Assembly (NCBI GenBank): GCA_963810095.1
Contig: CAWEMM010000009.1
Coordinates: 288,001-352,000 of the forward strand
Origin: an uncultured Chloroflexia bacterium
GTDB taxonomy: Bacteria; Chloroflexota; Anaerolineae; CG2-30-64-16
Direction of reading: 5' to 3'
DNA: 64,000 nucleotides
The notes under the pieces were generated by a model. That model saw only the letters and a list, made by a program, of their open reading frames with translations, was not told the DNA's origin and did not search any database. The translations under genes and the position numbers were made by a program. Position 1 is the first letter of the stretch; each line of letters starts with the position of its first letter. This document shows, piece after piece, positions 1-8,335 of this stretch.

Positions 1-1418
1 GCCTGCATGGAAAAAGGTCGAGTCGCCGATGGTTGCAATGACCGGCGTCTGCACCCCGGCATAGACGTAACCCTGCGCGAGCGGGATGCTCGCGCCCATG
101 CTCACCTCGTTCCACACCGTGTTGAAGGGCGGGTTCATGCCGAGGATGGTGCAGCCGATATCGCCCGTCACCATCACGTCGTCCTTTTTGTACCCTGCCT
201 TCCGAACCGCGGTGTTGATGCTCATGAACACGCCGCGGTGTGGGCAGCCGGCGCAGACGGTAATCGGTCGAGCGGCAGCGAGCTTCTCGGCCTCCACATT
301 GCCCCGCAGCAGGTCCGCGGGGAGCGCCAGGTTGGGCAGCGCCGCGGTCAGACCCGCGAAAATGTGCCGCAGCCCGTACTCTCCCACTCGTTCGTACAAG
401 CCGGATTCTTTGCCCAGGATTCGCCCGTTCCAACCCATTTTCTGGGCTTCGACGTAGAAGCCGCGTTCCACGGCCGGCTCGAGCTCCTCCAGCACGAGCA
501 CGACCTGGCAGTGCGCCAGCATCTGCCGCGCCTCTGTCGCGGGGAAGGGATGGACTGCGGTCAGGGTCAGCACCGACAGGGCTGCCGGGTCCAACCCGTG
601 GGGCCGAGCCATCTCGAACGCCTCTTCCAGGTAGGCGGCCACCACGCCGCAGGCAACCAGCCCGACGCCATTTTTCTGCGCCGAGAGATGCAGCGAGTTC
701 AAACCGAGCTCGCGGGCCAACTCGCCTGCCTGTCCCAGCCGGGTGATGACATCGCGGTGCTGCGCCATGCAGATGGCCGACCCCGCCTTCGTGAAGCGGT
801 CGATGTCGCGAATAAGCTGCGCGGGCCGCGCCGAAGAGCATCCTGGGCGGAGCGGAGCGGAGTCGAAGGACCGTCGTCGTCCACGTCAACCGGCGCGAAC
901 GAGGAGGAAATTGACGTAACGAGACGAACGAAGACGGGTGTCCCCGTGCGCTCCGAGATATCAAACGCGACCTTCGTGAGCCGGTACGCGTCCGCCACGG
1001 AAGCGGCATCCAACATGGGCAAGTCGGACATCACGGCGAACCCCCGCGAGTCCTGCTCGCACATGCCTGCGCTGACCCCTGGATCGTCGGCAACATAGAT
1101 GACGAGTCCGCCCACCACTCCCGAGTAGGCGATGGACGTGATCGAATCGTAGGCCACGTTCACGCCCGACATCTTCATCGTACAGAGCGCGCGCTGCCCG
1201 GCCCACGCCGCGCCGGACGCGATCTCGAACGCCACCTTTTCGTTGGTGCTCCATTCGACGTGTACGCCAGCATCCCGCAGGGTTGTGGGGTCGAGCAGGA
1301 GCAGGCTTTCGATCGCACCCGTCGAAGGCGTTCCCGGATAGCCGGTCACCACCTTCACGCCTGCGTGCAGCGCGCCCAGCGCCAGCGCCTCGTTGCCGGT
1401 AAGCAGTTTCAAAGCCAA
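1..1418 (-). CDS. iorA: Indolepyruvate:ferredoxin oxidoreductase alpha subunit (3' end runs off window; frameshifted)
   Basis: N-term LLTGNEALALG..GYPGTPST..EWSTNEKVAFE..ADDPG; further fragments in other frames give CAGCPHRG, VTGDIGC and the ThDP motif IATIGDSTFFHAG. TTG start with GAGGAGG RBS. Confidence 0.88.
838..872 (-). repeat. CCTTCGACT..CAGGA short element inside iorA
   Basis: Minus strand GGTCCTTCGACTCCGCTCCGCTCCGCCCAGGATGC, related to copies at 5362 and 40931; translated as PSTPLRSAQD. Confidence 0.65.
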
Positions 1419-1450
1419 GTCAGGCCTCCTCAAAATCGGGCTTGAACGCT

Positions 1451-1500
1451 AAGACAAAGGCACAAAGACACGACGTCGTTGGTGGCTTCGTGTCTTTGTG
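1451..1500. repeat. ACAAAGAC-type palindromic intergenic repeat
   Basis: CACAAAGACACGA ... TCGTGTCTTTGTG arms built from 8-nt submotifs; relatives at 6796, 10817, 49748, 52211, 61654. Confidence 0.7.
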
Positions 1501-1511
1501 TGATTCATCGC

Positions 1512-2868
1512 TCACACAGGCGCAGCCGGCGACTTCATCGTTTCGAGGAAGCGGCCGCACCCCGGCGCGGCGACGATCTCCCCTTCCCACAGCACCGGCT
1601 GGCCGCGCTGGAACGACATTTCGGGCCACCCGAGCACGGTGCGGCCGGCGTAGAGCGTGTACCCCACGTTCGTATGCTGGTTCTGGTCCGTCAAGGTCAT
1701 GGGCCGGTTCGGGTCGAACACGACGATGTCGGCGTCACTCCCGGGCGCGATCGTGCCCTTCTGGGGGTACAGGCCGAAGATCCGGGCGGGATTCTCGCAT
1801 AGCGCCTGCACCAGCCGCACCGGCCCGATGTGCCCCCCGTTCACACCTTCGTCCCACGTGATCGGCAGCAGCGTTTCGATCTGCGGCGAGCCGAACCCCT
1901 GCACGAGGAAGTCTCCGTGCGGGTCCTTTGCCTTCGGCGCATGATCAGATGCGACGACCGACAGCGTGCCGTCCGCCAGCCCGCGCCACAGCGCCCCGTT
2001 GTCCGCCGCGGTCCGGATGGGCGGCCCGATCTTGGCGTAGGCCCCCCGGGTGTTCAGCACATCCTCGGTAAGCGTCAGATACTGGGGGCAAGTTTCCGCG
2101 TATACCTTCCGCCCTTCGGCTTGCGCCTTCCGGATCGGCCGCAGGACGCGGCCGGCCGTGACATGCGGGATGTACAATGGACAGCCGGCCACTTCGGCCA
2201 GGCAGATGGCCCGGAAAACCGCTTCTTCCTCCAGGGCAGCCGGCCGCGATGCATTGAAGTACTTCGCCGACGCATCGGGCCCCTTGAGGTACTTGTCCTC
2301 CAGGTAGTCGATCGCGCCGCCGTTTTCCGCATGCACCATCGCCATGCCCCCCCGGCTCGCGAGCAGGTCCATCGCCTTGATCAACTGGTAGTCGTCCGTG
2401 TACCAGCCCTGCTTCAGGTAGGTCAGGAAGAACTTGAACGTGCGGACGCCGAGCGCCATCACGCGGGGGATCTCGGGGACCTGGCGGGGGGCTTCGAACA
2501 TGCCGCCGTGCAGCCCGAAGTCGAGCGGGGAGCGCCGCGTCGCATCTTCGAGCATTTTCGTCACCTGCTCTTCGAGCGACTCGCCGGTCCGCGCGTAGGC
2601 GAAGTGGAGGACGGTGGTCGTGCCCCCGAAGGCCGCGCACCGCGCCGACGCCTCGACGTCGTCCAGGTACACCGGGTGCACGTGGACGTCGATGGCGCCC
2701 GGCATGACGTAGCGTCCGCTCACGTCGACAACCTCCCGCGCGCCTTCCGCGAGGCAAACCCGGGGCGACGTCAGCCACCTTGTCGCCGCGCACGCCCACG
2801 TCGGCCCGCCGCATGCCGGTTCCCGTAATGACCGTGCCATTTGTCAGAAGCAGATCGTAGTGACCCAT
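1512..2868 (-). CDS. Dihydropyrimidinase/hydantoinase-family cyclic amidohydrolase (one frameshift near 2760)
   Basis: MGHYDLLLTNGTV N-term in one frame; PGAIDVHVH, GGTTT, HAEN, ETCPQYL, SDHAP, GSDADIVVFDP in ORF 1512-2840. Confidence 0.88.
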
Positions 2869-2901
2869 GAACATCTTCCTTGCCTTCCGCCGCGAGGGTG
2901 A

Positions 2902-2995
2902 AACGGCACGCTGATTGAACGGACATGACTGGGCTTGACTGATTCTCTTAGGAGATCAGGTGAATCAGTTTCATCCGTTCAATCAGTGTCCCATT
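2902..2995. repeat. AATGGGACGC-type palindromic element, supplies the stop codon of the Mo-subunit gene
   Basis: ACGCTGATTGAACGGA / TCCGTTCAATCAGTGT inverted arms; last codons W-D-T-D-stop of 2979-5339 lie in the arm. Confidence 0.75.
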
Positions 2996-5339
2996 CCGCT
3001 ATCATCCGTAATACCCGCTCGGGCGTGATCGGCAGCTCGCGCACGGGCTTGCCCAGTGCGTCGCTGACTGCGCTGGCCACCGCGGGCGCCGCGGGCGTCA
3101 GCGACGGCTCGCCGATCCCCTTCGCGCCGAACGGTCCGACGCCCGTCCCCGATTCGAGCAGGATCACCTGCACCGGGGGGAAGTCCATGCTGGTCGGCAG
3201 CAGGTACTCTGCCAGCGAAGGCGTCTGGATGCGCCCGCCCTTCACCAGCATGTCCTCCAGCAGCGCGTAGCCGAGCCCCTGGTTCGCGCCGCCCGCCAGC
3301 TGCCCCTCGGCCGCGGTCCGGTTGATCGCCCGGCCCACGTCGTGGCACGTCACCGCCTTGAGCAGCGTCACCTCGCCCGTCTCCATATCGACCGCCACCT
3401 CGCACGCCAGTGCGCCAAAGGTGAAGTCGGGGAAGACGCGGCCCTGCCCGGTTTCCGGGTCCAGCGGCTCGCTGAACGGGGCCTGGAACATCGCGAGGTT
3501 CGCGAGGGGTAGCCCTTCGGCGGCGCAGCGTTTCACCAGGTCGGCCAGCGGCACGCACTCGGCTGCACTCTTCGGCTTGCCGCCTGCACCCTTGACGTAC
3601 GCCATTTCGTTACCGAGGTCAATCTGCTCGGGTTCCTCTTCCAGCAGCTGCGATGCCCGGGTGACGAGCACCTTGCGCACCGCATTGGCCGCCTGGAGCG
3701 TTGCGTTGCCGGACATGTAGAGCTGGCGGGTGGCCGTCGACGTGCCCGAGAGCGGCGTCAACGCCGTGTCGGTGTGGTACACGGTCACCCGGTTGAGCGG
3801 CACGCCCAATACTTCGGCCGCGATCTGGGCCAGGCTGTTGACCTGCCCGGCGCCCAGGTCGGGCACGCCAGCCCGCACCACGACCGTTCCATCGAGTTCC
3901 ATGCCCACCCAGGCCTGGCTCGTGTCGTGCAGCCAGGTGATGCGCCCGTAGCTTTGGAAGTACGATGCGAACCCCTGCCCGATCTTGACATACTCCGACC
4001 AAGGCTCGGTCTTCTGGCCGAGTGCAGCCAGGGCGCGCGTGGCGGTCTCTTCCAGCCAGGCGGCCGACTCGACGGGCTGCCCGGTCGACGTCGTGTCGCT
4101 GGTGTGCAGGTAGTTGACACGGCGCAGCGCCAGCCGGTCCATGCCCAGGGCCGCAGCAATACGGTCCATCTGGCCCTCGTAAGCGAAGGCCGCCTGCGGG
4201 CCGCCAAAGCCGCGGAACGCGCTGGTAAAAGGGTTGTTGGTAGCCACCGCGACCGCGTCGACAAAGAGGTTGTCGATGGCATAGGGCCCCGGCGCCATGA
4301 TGGCCGAGTAGAGCAGCACGTAGGGGGTGAGGTAGGGGTACGCGCCCGAATCCGCGACGATGCGGATGTGACTCGCCGTGATCTTGCCGTCGCGGCGGAC
4401 GCCCGTCCGATGGGTGATGACCATGGGGTGCCGCTTGGAGTGCGCGAGGATCGATTCCTCGCGGGTGTAGACCAGGCGCACGGGCCGCCCCGTTGCCTGA
4501 ACGAGCAAGGCCAGGAAGATTTCGACGGTGATGTCTTCCTTGCCGCCGAACCCGCCGCCGACGAAGGTGCCTTGCACACGGATCTTGTTCTGCGGCACCC
4601 CGAGCGCCTTCGCGACGCTGCGGAAATGCTCGATCACCTGGGTCGACACCCGGAGGTTGATCACACCCTGGCTGTCCAGCCAGCCCACCCCCGCCTCCGG
4701 CTCGATGTAGGCATGGTCCTGGTAGGGCACCCGGAAGGTGTTCTCGACCACCAGGTCCGCGTCGGCAAAGCCGCGCTCGAGGTCGCCCTTGCGGATCTTC
4801 CACTTGCCGACCTTGTTGTGTTCGCCCGGCAGGGCGCCCTCATGCAGCACCGGCGCGCCCGGCTTGAGCCCGTCCTCGGGATCGAAGATGCCCGGCGTTG
4901 CCTCGTACTCGATCTCCACCAGCCGCAGAGCGGCCTCGGCAATGGCCTCCGTCTCCGCGGCGATCAACGCGACGGGCTCGCCCACGAAGCGGACGCTGTC
5001 AATCGCCAGCACGGGTGCATCTGACCCCTTGCGCTGCGCCTGACCGGTCTGCCCCGGCATGTCGGTGACCAGCCGGGCATTCGGGAGGTCGCCCGAGGTG
5101 AGCACGCACGCGACGCCGGGCAAGGCGCGCGCCTTGCTCACGTCGAGGCGCACGATGCGTGCGGAAGGCTCGGTGCTGCGGAACACCTTGGCGTGCAGCA
5201 TGCCGGGCATGGCAAAGTCGCCGGCGTAAACGGTGGCGCCGACGGCCTTCCCCAGCGCGTCCACCCGGCGCAGCGGCTTGCCGATGATCTTGAGTTCGGG
5301 CAGGTTTACGGGCGGCAGCGGCTTGACTTCGACGATCAT
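2979..5339 (-). CDS. Xanthine dehydrogenase family molybdopterin-binding subunit
   Basis: Intact 786 aa; HAYIEP, GGGFGGK, AFRGFGGPQ, DVGRAIN, GPFGAKGIGEP. Confidence 0.93.
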   Translation of the reverse strand: MIVEVKPLPPVNLPELKIIGKPLRRVDALGKAVGATVYAGDFAMPGMLHAKVFRSTEPSARIVRLDVSKARALPGVACVLTSGDLPNARLVTDMPGQTGQAQRKGSDAPVLAIDSVRFVGEPVALIAAETEAIAEAALRLVEIEYEATPGIFDPEDGLKPGAPVLHEGALPGEHNKVGKWKIRKGDLERGFADADLVVENTFRVPYQDHAYIEPEAGVGWLDSQGVINLRVSTQVIEHFRSVAKALGVPQNKIRVQGTFVGGGFGGKEDITVEIFLALLVQATGRPVRLVYTREESILAHSKRHPMVITHRTGVRRDGKITASHIRIVADSGAYPYLTPYVLLYSAIMAPGPYAIDNLFVDAVAVATNNPFTSAFRGFGGPQAAFAYEGQMDRIAAALGMDRLALRRVNYLHTSDTTSTGQPVESAAWLEETATRALAALGQKTEPWSEYVKIGQGFASYFQSYGRITWLHDTSQAWVGMELDGTVVVRAGVPDLGAGQVNSLAQIAAEVLGVPLNRVTVYHTDTALTPLSGTSTATRQLYMSGNATLQAANAVRKVLVTRASQLLEEEPEQIDLGNEMAYVKGAGGKPKSAAECVPLADLVKRCAAEGLPLANLAMFQAPFSEPLDPETGQGRVFPDFTFGALACEVAVDMETGEVTLLKAVTCHDVGRAINRTAAEGQLAGGANQGLGYALLEDMLVKGGRIQTPSLAEYLLPTSMDFPPVQVILLESGTGVGPFGAKGIGEPSLTPAAPAVASAVSDALGKPVRELPITPERVLRMIAEWDTD

Positions 5340-5884
5340 CGTCCACCTCCCTGCCGTGTCGCATCCTTCGACTTCGCCTCGTCCCTCGGGGACGGTCTCC
5401 GCTCAGACTGCTCCGAATCCTGGATCTTTGCCGCCGCGACCTTCACCGCCTCGACGATGGGGCCGTACCCGGTGCACCGGCACAGGTTACCCGAGATGGC
5501 TTCCTTGATTTCGTCGTCCGTGGGCCGCGGGTTTTGGTCGAGCAATGCTTTCGCCGCGATGATCAGCCCGCCGGTGCAGTACCCGCACTGGACCGCGCCC
5601 AGGTCGGCAAAGGCCTCCTGGAGCGGATGCGGGTGGTCGAGGGTGCCCACGCCGGCGGGCGTCAGCACCGGTAAGCCGTCGGCCTGCCAGGCGAGCGTCA
5701 GGCAGGAATTCACAGGCTGCCCGTCGAGTAGCACCGCGCATGCGCCGCAGTCGCCCTTCTCGCAGCCGTTCTTGACGTCGGTATACCCGAGATCGCGCAG
5801 CGCCTGCAGCAGGGTCACGTTCGGCGCCAGCGCGGCATAATGGGTCCGGCCGTTGACGATCAGTGTCACAACCTGTGGCTTCAT
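5336..5884 (-). CDS. XDH/CODH family (2Fe-2S)-binding small subunit
   Basis: GCEKGDCGAC..C, QCGYC..GNLCRCTGY; ATG overlaps upstream stop (ATGA). Confidence 0.92.
   Translation of the reverse strand: MKPQVVTLIVNGRTHYAALAPNVTLLQALRDLGYTDVKNGCEKGDCGACAVLLDGQPVNSCLTLAWQADGLPVLTPAGVGTLDHPHPLQEAFADLGAVQCGYCTGGLIIAAKALLDQNPRPTDDEIKEAISGNLCRCTGYGPIVEAVKVAAAKIQDSEQSERRPSPRDEAKSKDATRQGGGR
5362..5410 (+). repeat. CCTTCGACT..GCTCAG short element inside the 3' end of the 2Fe-2S subunit gene
   Basis: CATCCTTCGACTTCGCC..CTCCGCTCAGAC; read antisense as the C-terminal extension QSERRPSPRDEAKSKD. Confidence 0.65.
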
Positions 5885-6774
5885 TGGGGCTGACCTCCCG
5901 GCAGGCAACCGCAGGCAGTTCCTGCCTGGGACAGGAGACGCCTGACGATCACCTCCGTGATGTGGCGCCTGTATGCTGCCGAGCCGCGAATGTCGTCGAT
6001 GGGAGAGGTGTGCTGCGCCGCCAGGTGCGCGGCCTCGGCAAGCAGGTCCGTCGTCCAGGCGTTCGCGCACAGCAGACGCTCGGCTTCCGGCACGCGGATA
6101 GGCCGTGGCGCCACCGCCCCGAGAGCGACCGCAGCATGTGACAGCCCATTCCCGTTCGGCTCCACCGTCACGGCCGCGCTGATCACCGAGATCGCGTCGG
6201 CCCTGCGCAGCCCGAACTTGCGGAACGCGCCGGCGCGCCGCTCGGCCGCGGGCCACATCATCCGTATCAGCAGCTCGTCGGGCAGGCGCACGGTTTTGCG
6301 AACCCCGACGAAGAACTCGGCGAGGGGCACGCAGCGCGTGCCGCGCACGCTGGCAAGTTCCACCTGTGCATCGAGCGCCAGCAGGGGCGGCGCGGTGTCC
6401 GCTGCGGGTGAGGCATCCACCAGGTTTCCGCCCACGGTCGCCCGGTTGCGCACCAGAGGGCTGGCGAACACACTCGCTGCCTGCGCGAGCGGCGCGCCGT
6501 GCGCCGTGATCAGGGGGTGCTTCAGCAGCTCTGCGAGCGTAACCGCCGCGCCCACCGAGACCGTCGCGCCGTCGCGAGCCAGCGCAATTCCGCGCAATTC
6601 GGGCAGCCGGCCAATGTCGACCAATATGGGTGGCCCCGCAAAATGGTCCCGGAGCTCGACGAGCACGTTCGTGCCGCCCGCCAGCGGACGTGCGTCCGAC
6701 CCGTACCGGGCAAGCAGGTCCAGCGCTTCGTCGAGCGAAGCAGGTCTGAGAAGCTCAAATTCCGGCAACATCAT
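5881..6774 (-). CDS. XDH/CODH family FAD-binding subunit
   Basis: LAGGTN, RNRATVGGN, ASPAADT, PIDDIRGSAAYR. Confidence 0.92.
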   Translation of the reverse strand: MMLPEFELLRPASLDEALDLLARYGSDARPLAGGTNVLVELRDHFAGPPILVDIGRLPELRGIALARDGATVSVGAAVTLAELLKHPLITAHGAPLAQAASVFASPLVRNRATVGGNLVDASPAADTAPPLLALDAQVELASVRGTRCVPLAEFFVGVRKTVRLPDELLIRMMWPAAERRAGAFRKFGLRRADAISVISAAVTVEPNGNGLSHAAVALGAVAPRPIRVPEAERLLCANAWTTDLLAEAAHLAAQHTSPIDDIRGSAAYRRHITEVIVRRLLSQAGTACGCLPGGQPQ

Positions 6775-6795
6775 CGCCTCGAAGGAAGAAGAAAT

Positions 6796-6858
6796 GACGC
6801 AAAAACACCATGCGTTACAGGTTGACCAGGTTCACCGGTGTCTTTGTGTCTTTGTGTT
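6796..6858. repeat. ACAAAGAC-type repeat overlapping the 3' end of 6815-8335
   Basis: GTGTCTTTGTGTCTTTGTG arm encodes the terminal QHKDTKT of the gene. Confidence 0.6.
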
Positions 6859-8335
6859 GAATGCTCTCTGCCGCGGCGAGCACCCCCCGCACGATGCTCA
6901 CATAGCCCGTGCAGCGGCACAGGTTACCGCGCAGGTAGTGCCTCACCTGGTCCTCCGTCGGTTGTGGGACCTCGGCCAGGAGGCTCTTTGCAGTCAGCAA
7001 CATGCCCGGCGTGCAGTATCCGCACTGGAACGCGGCATGGTCGATGAAGGCTTCCTGGAGCGGGTCGAGCGTGCCGTCGGCTGCCTGCAGCCCTTCCACC
7101 GTCCGGATGTCGCACCCTTCCGCCGTTACTGCCAGCACCAGGCACGCCAACACCGGCCTGCCGTCCATGAGCACGGTGCACGCGCTGCACTCGCCGATGC
7201 CGCACCCGTACTTGCTGCCGGTGAGTTGGAGCTTCTCGCGCAGGACGTTCAACAGCAACTCGTTCGCGCCCACCCGTACCCGCTGCGGTTGGCCGTTGAC
7301 ACAGAGCGTAACGGCCAGCTCTTCTCCGGGTGCGAGGGTGAGCGACTTGTTCGCGAATGCATCCTGAGCGGCGTGCCCACCTGCGGACGCGAGCGAGGTC
7401 GAAGCATGCTCGGCTGGCTGGGGGGGTGCCCAACTGTGGCTCGGCGCGCCCGCCCGCTGCCAGGCACGCAGAAGCCCATCGTGCACCATGACGCGCACGA
7501 TCTCGCGGCGATACCATGCCTGAGAGCGTATGTCGTCTATCGGGCTAACCTGCTCCGCCGCCAACTCGGCTGCCCGGGCGGCGAGTTCGGGTGTGAAGCG
7601 CTTTCCGGCCAGGAATTCCTCCGCATGGAGCGTTCGAAGCGGGGTCGGCCCGACTGAGCCAAAAGCAAGGCGAGCCGCGACGACCGTGTCGCCTTCCCGC
7701 AAGACGAGCACTGCCGCGCTCGCCTTTGCGATATCCGCCGCCACCCGGCCCATTTTCAGAAACGCGCTCCCCGCCGCCGTGCCCCCAGCCGAGGGCCAAG
7801 GGAGGAAGATTTGCGTGATGATCTCCCCGCGTTGCAGCGCACTGCGACCCGGACCGAGGAAGAACTCACCGAGTGGTACCCGGCCCTTGCCGACCGGCCC
7901 ATCGATCATGATCCACGCATCGTAAGCAAGCAGCGCGGGCGCCGTGTCGGCAGCGGGCGACGCATTGCCGATGTTCCCACCCAGCGTGCCCATACTTTCC
8001 ACCTGCCGGGTGCTGAATCCGTCGCACGCTTCGGCCAGCGCGGGGAAGTGCTGGTGTACGGATGGGTGGCCGGCGACTTCTGCGATTGTCGTCAGGGCGC
8101 CGATTTCCAGGCCCACGTCGGTGGCGCGGATGCCCGCCAGCCCCCGAATTCTCCGCAAGCTCACCAGGTGCTCGTGCGCGCCCCGTTCGATCTTCATGTG
8201 CACCAGCACGTCGGTCCCGCCCGCTATGACCTGAGCGTCGTGAGCCAGCAGCAGCTCCGATGCCTCGGCCAGTGTCGCGGGCTCGTGGTACGTGAATTGG
8301 TTGACGAGGATGTGCGTATTGGTTGCCTGGCTCAT
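6815..8335 (-). CDS. Fused XDH-family FAD-binding + (2Fe-2S) subunit
   Basis: IAGGTD, GTLGGNIGNASPAADT, then GCGIGECSAC, QCGYC, GNLCRCTGY in one frame; start MSQATN overlaps upstream stop. Confidence 0.9.
   Translation of the reverse strand: MSQATNTHILVNQFTYHEPATLAEASELLLAHDAQVIAGGTDVLVHMKIERGAHEHLVSLRRIRGLAGIRATDVGLEIGALTTIAEVAGHPSVHQHFPALAEACDGFSTRQVESMGTLGGNIGNASPAADTAPALLAYDAWIMIDGPVGKGRVPLGEFFLGPGRSALQRGEIITQIFLPWPSAGGTAAGSAFLKMGRVAADIAKASAAVLVLREGDTVVAARLAFGSVGPTPLRTLHAEEFLAGKRFTPELAARAAELAAEQVSPIDDIRSQAWYRREIVRVMVHDGLLRAWQRAGAPSHSWAPPQPAEHASTSLASAGGHAAQDAFANKSLTLAPGEELAVTLCVNGQPQRVRVGANELLLNVLREKLQLTGSKYGCGIGECSACTVLMDGRPVLACLVLAVTAEGCDIRTVEGLQAADGTLDPLQEAFIDHAAFQCGYCTPGMLLTAKSLLAEVPQPTEDQVRHYLRGNLCRCTGYVSIVRGVLAAAESIQHKDTKTPVNLVNL

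Noticed and set aside
2979-6774. Aerobic CO dehydrogenase (coxMSL)
   Set aside because: Large subunit has AFRGFG, not the form I AYxCSFR motif.
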